Source: Acidobacteriota bacterium
GTDB lineage: Bacteria > Acidobacteriota > UBA6911 > JACOSC01
Reading direction: 5' to 3'
DNA length: 64,000 nucleotides
Assembly: GCA_016179055.1 (NCBI GenBank)
Contig: JACOSC010000071.1
Coordinates: forward strand, 947 to 64,946
A program made the position numbers and the translations under genes. Below, one piece after another: positions 47,842 through 58,147 of the stretch (positions are counted from its first letter, which is position 1; each line of letters begins with the position of its first letter). The notes below the pieces were generated by a model. That model saw nothing but the letters and a program-made list of their open reading frames with translations, was not told the DNA's origin and ran no database searches.

Positions 47842-50800
47842 CTAGAGGGCCTCCTGCTTCTTATCGAACTCTTCCCTGCTTAGAATCTTGATCGGCTCGA
47901 GTTTTTTGCCTTTTAAGCTGGTGTTGATCCCATCTAATTCTTTGCCGATGATGGCTTCAAACGCCCCATTAGATTTTTCAATTTCCTGCTCTAGCGAAGC
48001 CAGGCGCGATAGCTGAGAGCGTGTGGGTCTTCCACCGTAGTTGCTGATGGCGCCATAGAGATCTACTACATGCTCCCGCAATTGCTCCTCCCCGGTGATC
48101 GCCGTGCCTTCTTTGCTGGCCGCCAGGGTCTTGCGCAGCGCGTCCAGTTTCCCCGCAAAAGCCGCGAGCGTCGAGGCCAGTTTGTCGCCAGACGGCAGCT
48201 TGCGGTTGCGCGCCTGGTCGCGCGCATCGGTCACCGCCGCGGCGATAAAGGCCAACCGTTCCTGCATACGATAGAGTTTCATGACGGCCTCACGCTGCAC
48301 GGTGCGGTCCTCCGTCGAATGCGGTAACCTGGGATCGGCAATAAGCCGTAGGCTGCCCGTGTAAGTCTCACTTCCCTTCAGAAGTTTAACGGTGTAAGTT
48401 CCCTCCGGCGCCATCGGCCCGAATAGAGCCCGCGCCGCCAAGGTAGGCGCCGGCGGAACCTTGGGAGGTTTCAAACGCATCTGCCAGGACACTCGATTGA
48501 TCCCGCGGCGCTTGCCGCCCGGTAGTGTGGCGATCAGTTTACTCTCAGTATCATAGATCTCCAATTTGAGGTCGCCAAATATGTGGCGGTCTTTTAGGTA
48601 ATATGTGATCGTGGCGGTTTCGCTCGGATTGGGACCTACATACTCCGCGTCGCCGGGGAACTCCTGCGCCCCCGCGGGGATGATGATTCGGGAAGGGCGG
48701 GCTTCCAAGATGTACGCGGTCGCCTCCAACACCTTGGACGTGATCTGGCGCAAGGGCGTGATGTCGTCGATGATCATAAGTCCGCGGCCGTGGGTCGCTA
48801 GAATCATATCCGATGCGCGCGGGTGTATGACGAGGTCGCGAATCGCCACATTCGGCAGCTTGCCCGTGAATTGCGCCCATTGCTCACCGCCATCGACCGA
48901 AAGAAAAAGGCCGAACTCCGTACCCAGAAACAACAACTCGGAGTTGACCGGATCCTGCCGGATGACATGGGCGTATCCGGAGAGGGTTTCCGTCGCCAAT
49001 GATTTCCATGTCTTGCCGAAATCCATGGTCTTGAAGACATAGACTTTCATGTCGCCGGTATGGTGGCCGTCAAATACCGCATAGGCTGTGGCGAGGTCTT
49101 GCCTCCCCGCTTCCACACCGGTACACCAGGTGTTGGCCGGTAGGCCGGAAATATTCTTGATTACGTTGGTCCAGGTTTTTCCGCCGTCGCGAGTGACCTG
49201 TAGATTTCCGTCATCCGTGCCCACCCATATGACCTTTTCGTCTCGCAGAGACTCGCTGATCGTAAAAATCGTGCAATGATTTTCTGCCGTAGAATTATCT
49301 GTGGTCAGGCCGCCCGATTCTTCCTGTTTCTGCTTTTCGGGATCGTCGGTGGTGAGATCCCCGGAGATCCGTTCCCATGATTCGCCTTTGTCGGAGGAGC
49401 GAAATAAAAATTGGCCGCCCACATACATCACACGAGGATTGCTCGGGCTGAAGGCGATCGGCGTGTTCCAGTTAAACCGCAGTTTGGGCTCGCCCGCCGA
49501 GGGGAACGGTCTTATCTCCTTGGTTTCACGGGTTGACTTATGGTGTCGAATCAGCCGCCCGCCTTGCGATTCCGCATAGATGATATCTTTGTCGGTCGGG
49601 TCTGGAAAAACATAAAACCCGTCGCCGAACCCTACATTGCGCCAATCCTTGTTGGTAATGCCATTCGGACTCTGCGAGGGGCCCACCCAGGAGCCATTAT
49701 CTTGCAGTCCGCCATAGACGCGATAAGGATCCTCGAGATCGAAGGCCACGTGATAAAACTGGGACACCGGCAAATTGTTCAAGTACATCCAGGTATTGCC
49801 TTGGTCGTGCGAAACGTAAATTCCGCCATCGGTGCCCAAGAGCATTTCCATGGGATTATGCGGATGGATCCACAGGGCATGGGCATCGGAATGCACACGT
49901 CCCCCTTCGCCCGAGAACGGCGAGGTGAACGAGCGGCCGCCGTCGTGGCTGACCGAGAGCGAGTAACCCGGCTTGTAAACCCGATTGTAATCTTTGGGAT
50001 CGACGACCAGATGGCTGAAATAAAAGGGACGCGCCTTCACATTGAACGATGAATTAACCTCGGTCCAATTCTCCCCGAGATCATCGGAGCGAAACAAGGC
50101 GGTCTTCTTGGATTCGACATTGGCATAGATCACGCTGGGCCTGGAAGCAGCCACGGCGATGGCGATGCGACCCAGCGGCCCCTCCGGCAGTCCGCGGGCG
50201 AGTTTCTTCCACGTCTTGCCGCCGTCCGTGCTCTTGTGCAGACCGCTGCCGGCTCCCCCGGAGGAAAAGAAATAGGCCTGGCGACGAAACTGCCACAGCG
50301 CGGCATATACTATGTTTGGATCTTGGGAGTCGATGGCCAGGTCACTGCCCCCGATGTTCGGACCCATATAGAGGATGCGCTTCCAAGTCTTACCGCCATC
50401 TTTGGTCTGATAGACGCCACGCTCTTCGCTGTCATCCCACAGGTGGCCCGGCACCGCCACATAAACCGTATCAGAATTGTTGGGATGCACCACAATGCGG
50501 CTGATCCGCTCGGACTGCTCTAACCCGACTCGCAGCCAGGTTTCTCCGGCATCGCTGCTTTTGTACAGACCGGTTCCCACAGAGGCGCTATTGCGCGTGC
50601 ACGACTCGCCAGTGCCCACCCAGATCGTCTCCGGATGGGACTGGTCGATGGCGATGGCGCCGATCGACATCGTGTGCTTGTCAAATATCGGCTTGAACGT
50701 TGTGCCGGCATTGGTCGACTTCCAAACCCCGCCAGTGGCCGTTCCGACATAGATCACCCGCGGGTCCGAACTGACGGCATCAATGGCCATGATCCGACCG

Positions 50801-50946
50801 CCCATAACCGCCGGGCCTATGCTGCGCGCCTCGATGGCGCCAAAGACGCTGGAATCGATTTTAATCGCGCCGTGCAGTCGTATCCCGGAAAAAAGCGCGG
50901 CGGTCAATACGATTGGCAAAGCAATCGTCCACTTGTTCATGCGCAT
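47842..50946 (-). CDS. Secreted BNR/Asp-box (sortilin-Vps10-like) repeat protein
   Basis: Signal peptide. Ten S/T-x-D-x-G-x-T/S-W boxes (SSDAGETW, TKDGGKTW, STDGGKTW, SDDLGENW, SHDQGNTW, SSDKGESW, TRDGGKTW and others). Confidence 0.85.
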   Translation of the reverse strand: MRMNKWTIALPIVLTAALFSGIRLHGAIKIDSSVFGAIEARSIGPAVMGGRIMAIDAVSSDPRVIYVGTATGGVWKSTNAGTTFKPIFDKHTMSIGAIAIDQSHPETIWVGTGESCTRNSASVGTGLYKSSDAGETWLRVGLEQSERISRIVVHPNNSDTVYVAVPGHLWDDSEERGVYQTKDGGKTWKRILYMGPNIGGSDLAIDSQDPNIVYAALWQFRRQAYFFSSGGAGSGLHKSTDGGKTWKKLARGLPEGPLGRIAIAVAASRPSVIYANVESKKTALFRSDDLGENWTEVNSSFNVKARPFYFSHLVVDPKDYNRVYKPGYSLSVSHDGGRSFTSPFSGEGGRVHSDAHALWIHPHNPMEMLLGTDGGIYVSHDQGNTWMYLNNLPVSQFYHVAFDLEDPYRVYGGLQDNGSWVGPSQSPNGITNKDWRNVGFGDGFYVFPDPTDKDIIYAESQGGRLIRHHKSTRETKEIRPFPSAGEPKLRFNWNTPIAFSPSNPRVMYVGGQFLFRSSDKGESWERISGDLTTDDPEKQKQEESGGLTTDNSTAENHCTIFTISESLRDEKVIWVGTDDGNLQVTRDGGKTWTNVIKNISGLPANTWCTGVEAGRQDLATAYAVFDGHHTGDMKVYVFKTMDFGKTWKSLATETLSGYAHVIRQDPVNSELLFLGTEFGLFLSVDGGEQWAQFTGKLPNVAIRDLVIHPRASDMILATHGRGLMIIDDITPLRQITSKVLEATAYILEARPSRIIIPAGAQEFPGDAEYVGPNPSETATITYYLKDRHIFGDLKLEIYDTESKLIATLPGGKRRGINRVSWQMRLKPPKVPPAPTLAARALFGPMAPEGTYTVKLLKGSETYTGSLRLIADPRLPHSTEDRTVQREAVMKLYRMQERLAFIAAAVTDARDQARNRKLPSGDKLASTLAAFAGKLDALRKTLAASKEGTAITGEEQLREHVVDLYGAISNYGGRPTRSQLSRLASLEQEIEKSNGAFEAIIGKELDGINTSLKGKKLEPIKILSREEFDKKQEAL

Positions 50947-50997
50947 GGGAATCTCCCTCTTTAACAGTTGGTACTGTTTTAACGGTTTAAACTATTA

Positions 50998-51180
50998 GTA
51001 ACTGTTCACGGGGGTCGGGGTCAGTGATCAGGGGCCAAGGGCCCGGTGATACTGATGACTGTTAGGAATTATCGTGATTTAGAGATTGGATATTGGGGCG
51101 GATGCTTAACGGATTGCGGAAGTCTTTGGAAAAGAACTCCAAGCAATATCGCCCGACCCCCGACCCCTGTGAACAGTGAC
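50998..51180. mobile_element. MITE copy B (183 bp) with 8-bp target duplication
   Basis: Ends are gtaactgttcacggggg .. cccctgtgaacagtgac. A perfect direct repeat aactatta lies at 50990-50997 and 51181-51188. Same orientation as copy A. Confidence 0.85.
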
Positions 51181-51277
51181 AACTATTAGAAGGATATCTA
51201 TCCTTAGCCTATCCCAAATCCAAGTCGCACTCTGCCCAGCCGTCTTCTAATTCGGAAATCTGAACAGAGGCGGCTGG

Positions 51278-52036
51278 CTATTTATCCGTCTTAGCCGGCG
51301 GCTTCTCGGGACTTTTGGCAGGCATCGTGAAAATGGCGTCCTCTGCCGGGTTATCCAGCTCCACTTTGACGATACTGACTTGTGCGACCGGCTGCCCCTT
51401 GCTTTTTCTCTCGATGGAATGCGGGATCATTAAGCCATTAACCGGTTTGTAGTCGCCATAAAAGATATCTACCTCCACATCACCCGCCGGGCGCTTCAAC
51501 TTAACGGTTTGTTTTAACTGAATGAAATTTTGACTGTCGAGATAGATATATTGAAGGTCGCCGCTCTTCAATGTGAGCTTTAATTTGTAAACGGGCGTGC
51601 CCTCCATATCTTCCTTGCCGATCAGCTCCACTTTATGGCCCTTGTCTTTATAATCGACCAGAGGCCCATCCATGTCGGCCTGCTGCATAACGCTGGTCGC
51701 CTCTTGCTGCGGCATTTTTTCGGCGTCGGTAGATCCCATAAAGGGCATGATCCACCACGCTGTCTCGCCGTCAAAGCCTTGCACCATGGTCTTCCCCTGA
51801 ATCGTCATTTCCACGCGAAGTTTATTCGGTCGCTTGGATTGCAGGTTCAGCGGCGCGTCCATGCCTTGGGTAATTATCTTTCCGGTCATTCTCATGGATT
51901 TAACGGCTTTAAGCTTGTCCAATCCGCCGCGTGCCTGATTATTCTTGCTGATCACTTCGTCCACGGTCTGCGCGGGTGATTCTAAAGCCAGCAGGCCCGC
52001 CGCCAATAGTCCAAAAATTGCTATTCGCTTCGACAT
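51278..52036 (-). CDS. LolA-like/outer-membrane lipoprotein-sorting family protein
   Basis: Signal peptide IAIFGLLAAGLLALESPAQ. 252 aa. Family call by overall resemblance. Confidence 0.6.
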   Translation of the reverse strand: MSKRIAIFGLLAAGLLALESPAQTVDEVISKNNQARGGLDKLKAVKSMRMTGKIITQGMDAPLNLQSKRPNKLRVEMTIQGKTMVQGFDGETAWWIMPFMGSTDAEKMPQQEATSVMQQADMDGPLVDYKDKGHKVELIGKEDMEGTPVYKLKLTLKSGDLQYIYLDSQNFIQLKQTVKLKRPAGDVEVDIFYGDYKPVNGLMIPHSIERKSKGQPVAQVSIVKVELDNPAEDAIFTMPAKSPEKPPAKTDK

Positions 52037-52294
52037 GTCGCTTCCTCCTTAATTGAACCCGGGCTGAATGCCAAGGGTGTATGCTATCCTTTTGATATGG
52101 AAGAGATGCTTGTTCAACTCAAAGCGGCATCGTAGCAGTTTTGTCGGATGATGTCAAAAGAGAATGGACAGTATGGCGGTTGGATAGGCTGGTCCATCCT
52201 ATAAACTAGGATCTCTCCACAGAGTGGAGTTTAACACCGTTCATCCTTTTCTGAATTTGTTGCATCTTGATGAAAGGTAGGAGAAAATAAACAT

Positions 52295-53332
52295 ATGTGG
52301 AAAACCTATATAACCGGGATGGTCTGGTTGATCACCTTGGGCATGGTCGTGGCTGGGCAGACGGCGAGCAGCGGCTCCAGTGAGATTGATTACCAGAAAA
52401 TGGGCGATTCCCTGCTCAGAGCCATACTAAGAGGCGCCCTCGATGACTATAGACCCATTCTTACCGAGTCCGCCACCGGCACGCTGACCCGAGAGACCGT
52501 CGCCAAAATAGGCGCCGAGCTTACCGCACGCTATGGTCAATTACTCCACCTCGGCGCCGGTGAACATCAAAAGACAGATCAATTCCACCGGGTGCTCTTC
52601 CAGTGCACATTTGCCAAGGGCGCAACGACGATGATCATCGTACTGGAAAACGAAACCAAGGTGGCGGGCATTATCTTCCCGGATGTACCGCTCCCCAAAC
52701 CCAACCGGCAACCTCCCGCGACTCCTCGGCCGGCCGTGGCCGACCGCTCCCAGCCGGCGATTAAGAGCCATTTGCGACTACCCTTCACCGGTAAATGGAA
52801 GGTCGTTAACAGCGGCAAAGACAGCGGACGCAATCGCCACGCCTCGAGCCGCGCCGAACGCTTTGGCTATGATTTCATATTGGTTGGGATTGATGACCGG
52901 TCCTTCCGTACCACCGGCAAGAAGAGTGAGGATTATTACGCCTATGAGAAGGAAGCGCTGGCCCCGGCCGCCGGTGTGATCGTCCAAGTGATTAACGGCA
53001 TCGAAGACAATCTTATCGGTCAGACCAATCTTTACAATCCGCTGGGAAACCTGGTGGTCATCGATCATCAAAACGGCGAATTCAGCGTACTGGCGCACCT
53101 GGCCAAAGGTTCCTTACGAGTCAAGGAGCGGCAAAAAGTCAAGGCAGGCGACCCCTTAGCGCTTTGTGGGAATTCCGGGGATTCGCCGGAACCGCACCTC
53201 CATTACCACTTGCAGGACCACGCCCGCCTAAGCCAGGCCAACGGACTCCAGATTATTTTCGAGAACTACTACAGCGGCAACAAGCCCGTCGAGAAAGGCA
53301 TCCCCGAGCTCAATGAACTCGTCGCCAACTAA
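52295..53332 (+). CDS. M23-family metallopeptidase with N-terminal accessory domain
   Basis: Signal peptide. C-terminal LCGNSGDSPEPHLHYHLQD (HxH motif) preceded by GNLVVIDHQNGEFSVLAHL. Confidence 0.8.
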   Translation: MWKTYITGMVWLITLGMVVAGQTASSGSSEIDYQKMGDSLLRAILRGALDDYRPILTESATGTLTRETVAKIGAELTARYGQLLHLGAGEHQKTDQFHRVLFQCTFAKGATTMIIVLENETKVAGIIFPDVPLPKPNRQPPATPRPAVADRSQPAIKSHLRLPFTGKWKVVNSGKDSGRNRHASSRAERFGYDFILVGIDDRSFRTTGKKSEDYYAYEKEALAPAAGVIVQVINGIEDNLIGQTNLYNPLGNLVVIDHQNGEFSVLAHLAKGSLRVKERQKVKAGDPLALCGNSGDSPEPHLHYHLQDHARLSQANGLQIIFENYYSGNKPVEKGIPELNELVAN

Positions 53333-53827
53333 CAAAGTCTCCGCTCTTATGCCGACGAGGAAGCCGTACACTTTAAACTCATCCATCACTCTTCCCTGTG
53401 GTTGATCTTTCCGGATTGCGCTGTAGGATCTCATGGACGGACACAAAGGTTAGTACCTTGGTTTGTTCATAGTCAGACCGATTATAGTCAATGGCCATTC
53501 AGTCCTGAAGCGCTACGGCGGCTTGCGACTATAAGCCGAATTCGTTATTCTATACCGCTTAAAGCTATCACTCGACGGTTATCAAAGGTTGGCATGACCG
53601 GTAGAATCATTTCCGTCCCCATGGATCCCCCCGTGGCCTTTCCACGGATTCCGGCCAAGCCACGGTTCCGTATTCATCGTACAGGGGGCTTGGGCATTCC
53701 GGCGGTACGGATAGCGATCTGTGAGATAGCCACAAAAGTGGAATTTGTTTCGCCGTAAACGGATTTGTGTGAGTATGAAATTCGATCATAAGGATCATTA
53801 TTTGGCAGGGGCTGGTGTTACTAATCC

Positions 53828-54196
53828 CTGGAGTTTGGACATTGGCCGCAGTACTCGCGGCGCGGCACTATAGCTTGAAGCTTGTTCTCGTAGCTCCGAA
53901 GGAGCGAGCTATAATAGCCAGGGGCAAGCGCAGCGCAGCCCCTGGTATGTGACATGGCCGAAGCTGTGCGCCCTGAAAGGGCGCGCTACCCTTCTGCTCG
54001 ATGACTACGTATGGAAGACAATGAAGGCGGCCTATAAATTGATCTTCATTAGTGCGCCCTTTCAGGGCTGGCGAGCTTGGAATGCTCTCTTTCCAGGGGC
54101 TGCGCTCCGCTTAGCCCCTGGCTATTATAGCTCGCTCCTTTGGAGCTTTGGATTGTAAGCGGCACTCCACTCCATACCAAATGTCCAAACTCTAGG
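53828..54196. mobile_element. Long-palindrome element, copy 1 (369 bp)
   Basis: Ends are ctggagtttggacattgg .. ccaaatgtccaaactctagg. The two halves are inverted copies of each other (agccaggggc..gcccctgg, gcgccctgaaagggcgc sub-hairpins). Confidence 0.7.
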
Positions 54197-54372
54197 ACCC
54201 CGCGGGGCTGGATTTTGGAATCCGTGCGTTTCTTATGAACGAACTTCAGGGGTGACTATGATTTCTTGACCTTGCCCGGCTTTGTCCGGGTTATATTTTT
54301 ACCCTGCGCATGAGCGGCGCTTTTTGTTTTTAAGGGCGCCAAGGCAACATTCTTCGGTAATAGGCGGCCCGT

Positions 54373-55524
54373 ATGATTTTCGAACCGTTTGAATTGGAGC
54401 GCTGGCAATCGCACTGGGAACATTCGGTCCACTTCAACTTGTCAGAAAGTGGCGTGCACTCCATGCCCGTCGATGCGTTGGTGGAAAGCTCGGATATTTT
54501 GGATCAAGTTCTCAACCAGCCTTTGGCCTATGCTCCCACCAATGGTAGCGAGGCCTTGCGGGCGCAGATCGCCGGCCTCTATACAGGCGCGCAGCCTGAA
54601 AATGTTTTAGTCACGACCGGATGCGCTGAGGCCAACTTCCTTACGGTCACCACGCTGACCGACAAACGGGACCATGCCGTTGTCATGATGCCGAATTACA
54701 TGCAAGTATGGGGTCTGCTCAGTCGTTTGGGGGCTCGCCCCAAGCCCTGGCGCCTCCAGCAAAAGCTTCGTTGGGCGCCAAATCCGGAGGACCTTAGTAA
54801 ATTAATTACTGATCGGACCCGGCTCATTGCCGTTTGTAACCCGAACAACCCCACCGGCGCGATTTTAGATAAGGAGATCATGGTTGAGATATGCCGAGCG
54901 GCCGCCCGCGTGGGCGCATGGATCCTCGCGGATGAAATTTATCACGGGACCGAGCGCAATGGCAAAGCGGCCCCTTCCTTTTGGGGACTCTATGACAAAG
55001 TCATTGTGACCAACGGCCTCTCTAAGGCCTATGGTTTGCCCGGCCTCCGTATCGGATGGATGGTGGCGCCCAAAGACCACATTGAAACCTGCTGGGGTCA
55101 GAAGGATTATACCAGCATCAGCCCAAGCATACTGAGCGATCGCCTCGCCCGTCTAGCGTTGGCCGAGCGAAAGCGGGCGCAGATATTGGAGCGCACCAGC
55201 GCCATCCTTAATAATAATTACGCGCTCTTAAAAGCGTGGCTCGCCGGTCATACGGAGCTATTGCAGTGCGTGTTGCCCCTGGCCGGCGCCAGCGCCTGGA
55301 TACGGTATAACACCGCCATTCCATCGGCCGATTTGGCGCGGCGACTTCTGCAAGAGAAAAGCCTGCTGGTGGTTCCGGGCGCTCACTTTCTGATGGAGGG
55401 GTTCCTGCGTGTCGGATTTGGGTGCCCACAGCCACAGCTCAAGACCGCGCTTGAGATCTTGTGGCAGTTCTTCTTGGATTTAAACGGAGGGCATCAGGAT
55501 GCCGTAGCGCATCCGGTTCCGTGA
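54373..55524 (+). CDS. Class I/II PLP-dependent aminotransferase
   Basis: NPNNPTG, ILADEIY, and the Lys motif NGLSKAYGLPGLRIGW. Confidence 0.85.
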   Translation: MIFEPFELERWQSHWEHSVHFNLSESGVHSMPVDALVESSDILDQVLNQPLAYAPTNGSEALRAQIAGLYTGAQPENVLVTTGCAEANFLTVTTLTDKRDHAVVMMPNYMQVWGLLSRLGARPKPWRLQQKLRWAPNPEDLSKLITDRTRLIAVCNPNNPTGAILDKEIMVEICRAAARVGAWILADEIYHGTERNGKAAPSFWGLYDKVIVTNGLSKAYGLPGLRIGWMVAPKDHIETCWGQKDYTSISPSILSDRLARLALAERKRAQILERTSAILNNNYALLKAWLAGHTELLQCVLPLAGASAWIRYNTAIPSADLARRLLQEKSLLVVPGAHFLMEGFLRVGFGCPQPQLKTALEILWQFFLDLNGGHQDAVAHPVP

Positions 55525-55590
55525 ATAATATCGCCTTCTTCTTTTAGCGCACGCGTTGGAAGCGAAATGAGCGCAGAACCGCGGAGTAAG

Positions 55591-55679
55591 GCACCCCTGA
55601 GAGCCAGGCCTCTTGCCGGCAAAGGCCCCTGGGGATAGCCGACGTCCCGGCTGGAAGCCGGCGCTCCAAGGAAGGGTGC
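55591..55679. repeat. Hairpin repeat related to 47535-47611 (opposite orientation)
   Basis: Shares tcttgccggca and ccggctggaagccggcgctcc with the reverse complement of 47535-47611. Closed by gcaccc/gggtgc. Lies 26 nt upstream of the rqcH ATG. Confidence 0.5.
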
Positions 55680-55704
55680 GTGCCATTGCAACTCTGTAGA
55701 CACC

Positions 55705-57489
55705 ATGGAAGATTTTGTTTTAACGGCGTTAGCCGAAGAATTAAAACCGCAGCTCGTCGGATATTCGCTGGAAGCCGTCCACCAAATCGGTATGACCGAA
55801 TTCATATTCAGCGTGGCACGTGGCGCCGGCCGCGTTACTCGTCTATTGGTTTCTTTGGATCAATCTGGACCCAGGATCTATCGGGTCGGCGCCGACTGGC
55901 GGAGCGATTCCCCCCCGCAGGAAACCTCGTTTTCGGCGCGCCTGATGAATGCCTTGGCCGACCACGAAGTGGTCAGTCTCGAAAAGCTCCCGTTTGATCG
56001 CGTCCTGAAAATTAGCTGGGTTAATCCATTTCAGCGAGAGCTAGGCGCCTCTTCCCTTTATATTGAGCTCATCAGCCAAGGGCCAAACGTCTTCCTGGTG
56101 GATTGCGCAGGAATTGTGCAGGAGGCTTTTCATTCTGATTTTGACCGGAAGCGCGCCCTAACCCTCAACGCGCTTTACGGCCACCGCCCGCAACCCCTAA
56201 AACTCGATCCGCGCGCCTGCACAGAAATGGAGTTCTACGAAGCCATGGGCGACATGGGACGGCCCTGTGCCGTGTGGCTAAAAGCGCTAACCACCGCTTT
56301 CCTTGGCGTAAGTCCCACGTTGGCCAAGGAAGCGGTCTTCCGCGCCGGCGAAGATCGCCGGCTGCTCTTTCGCTCTTTCCGAGAAGTCATCGTGGAAGGC
56401 TATGAGCAATCTCCGCATCCTTGCCTTTTTGTCGCGCCTGGATTAACGGAGGATCTTGGCGAAGAACGTCTGTCATCGCGGAACATGCTCGTGTCTACCA
56501 TCGCCGTGCGCCATTTATCAGCATGGCGGGCCGACCCATTCCCTACCGTCAATGATGCGGTACGGGTGTACTACGAGCGACTGGCCGAGGAAAGGGCCTA
56601 CCGCGCGCTGCGTCTCCAACTGCTGCCGCCGCTCAGCCGGCAGCGCGCCAAGTTGGAGCGATTGTTGGCGCACTTTACGGCGAGCCGCGCGGATTTTAAC
56701 GCCTCCGAAATTCTAAGAATCAAGGGCGAATTGTTGTTGGCTAATCTGCATCGCCTGCGGAGTCAATGGCACATTGACCCGCGCGGAGAGCCCTTAACGA
56801 TTACCCTTGAGAATTATTACGAGACGCCGCCGAGCGCTGTGGAAGTGACGGTCGATCCCAAAGTGTCCTTGCAGGCCAACGCCGATCGTTACTTCAAGCA
56901 GTATCGCAAAGCCAAGCGCGGTTGGCAAATCTTGGAAAAAAAGATTCCGGCCACGCACTCTCAACTCAAGCGTCTGAGCGAAGCGGCAGAGGCCATCGGC
57001 AAGGCCAAGACGCTGCCGGCGTTGCAAGCGGTGGCCGCAACGTGCCGATGGGAAAAGCCGATTCGGCGTCAGCGCATCGAGATACGGAAATCTAAGCGAA
57101 AGGTCGAGGAAATTGCCGTGCGCCGCTTCGTCACCTCCGATACGCTGGAGGTTCTGGTGGGACATACCGCCCGCGAGAACGATGAATTGACCTTTCGCGT
57201 GGCGGCCCCGCACGACGTGTGGATGCATACTGCCGATTATCCCGGTTCTCACGTCGTCATTCGCAATCCGAAAAAGAGTTCAGTTCCGGAGCGGTCGATT
57301 CGGGAAGCGGCTCAAATTGCCGCTTATTACAGCCAGGCGCGCAATAATGGAAAGGTGACCGTCCATCATACGCTGCGCAAATTTGTCCACAAGCCGCGTC
57401 ATGCCGCGCACGGGCTGGTAACCCTATCGCAGTTTAAGTCGATTACTGTAGCGCCCAAGAAAACCATCACTCCGGCGGAACCTACATAA
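55705..57489 (+). CDS. rqcH: NFACT-family ribosome quality control protein RqcH (FbpA/DUF814)
   Basis: NFACT-N with the DR motif (LPFDRVLKI). Central coiled coil. NFACT-R/DUF814 (VLVGHTARENDELTF..WMHTADYPGSHVVIRNP). Confidence 0.8.
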   Translation: MEDFVLTALAEELKPQLVGYSLEAVHQIGMTEFIFSVARGAGRVTRLLVSLDQSGPRIYRVGADWRSDSPPQETSFSARLMNALADHEVVSLEKLPFDRVLKISWVNPFQRELGASSLYIELISQGPNVFLVDCAGIVQEAFHSDFDRKRALTLNALYGHRPQPLKLDPRACTEMEFYEAMGDMGRPCAVWLKALTTAFLGVSPTLAKEAVFRAGEDRRLLFRSFREVIVEGYEQSPHPCLFVAPGLTEDLGEERLSSRNMLVSTIAVRHLSAWRADPFPTVNDAVRVYYERLAEERAYRALRLQLLPPLSRQRAKLERLLAHFTASRADFNASEILRIKGELLLANLHRLRSQWHIDPRGEPLTITLENYYETPPSAVEVTVDPKVSLQANADRYFKQYRKAKRGWQILEKKIPATHSQLKRLSEAAEAIGKAKTLPALQAVAATCRWEKPIRRQRIEIRKSKRKVEEIAVRRFVTSDTLEVLVGHTARENDELTFRVAAPHDVWMHTADYPGSHVVIRNPKKSSVPERSIREAAQIAAYYSQARNNGKVTVHHTLRKFVHKPRHAAHGLVTLSQFKSITVAPKKTITPAEPT

Positions 57490-57586
57490 TGATGCGCTAG
57501 ACGTAAGGCCTGGTTACATAGTACATCGTTTCATAAATTCATTAACGTATTTTTCAAATGGGTGGCGCAGACCTTTATGTCTGCGA

Positions 57587-58028
57587 CTGGAGTTTGGACA
57601 TTTGCCGCAACCGCGCGACGCTCCGCCATAGCCCGAAGCTTGTTCTCTTAGCTCCGCAGGAGCGTCATATAATAGCCAGGGGCAGAGTCCCGCTACTGCG
57701 GGATCGCCCCTGGTATGAAAGACTATAGAAGTAATAAGCCCTGAAAGGGCGCGATACCCATCGGCGAAACTACCGACCTCCATCCCGGACATAACGCTCA
57801 TCCAACCTGACCCCGTTTTTCCAGCACAAGACGCGCAGCTCATACAGAAACTAGTGGCGCAGGTGTACGTATTGATCGTCGTTAGTGCGCCCTTTCAGGG
57901 CTGGCGTGCTTAGGACGCTTTCTTTCCAGGGGCGGCGCTGCGCTTGCCCCTGGCTATTTTATCTCGCTCCTGCGGAGCTTTGGATTGTATGCGGTACTCC
58001 ACTCACAACCAAATGCCCAATCTCTAGG
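57587..58028. mobile_element. Long-palindrome element, copy 2 (442 bp), flanked by a duplicated 21-nt hairpin
   Basis: Same ends as copy 1 (ctggagtttggacattt .. ccaaatgcccaatctctagg). cgcagacctttatgtctgcga occurs at 57566-57586 and again at 58029-58049. Confidence 0.75.
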
Positions 58029-58068
58029 CGCAGACCTTTATGTCTGCGATTAACTGATTAGTTCCATC

Positions 58069-58092
58069 GACGAAGACCTGAAGGTCTTCGTC
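58069..58092. terminator. 10-bp-stem hairpin between convergent genes (possible bidirectional terminator, no U-tract)
   Basis: gacgaagacc-tgaa-ggtcttcgtc, lying between the rqcH stop (57489) and the DUF2784 stop (58148). Confidence 0.3.
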
Positions 58093-58147
58093 ACCCAGTG
58101 ACGATAATACGTTAGCGTAATAATGAATCAGAATACTAAGTCAACAG

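Noticed and set aside
53607-53798. A small minus-strand ORF starting MILMIEFHTHTNPF, reminiscent of a PHP/metal-dependent phosphoesterase N-terminus.
   Set aside because: Only the HxH-like tetrapeptide resembles the family. The rest of the 63 aa and the neighbouring frames show no further similarity. The evidence is too weak to call a gene or pseudogene.
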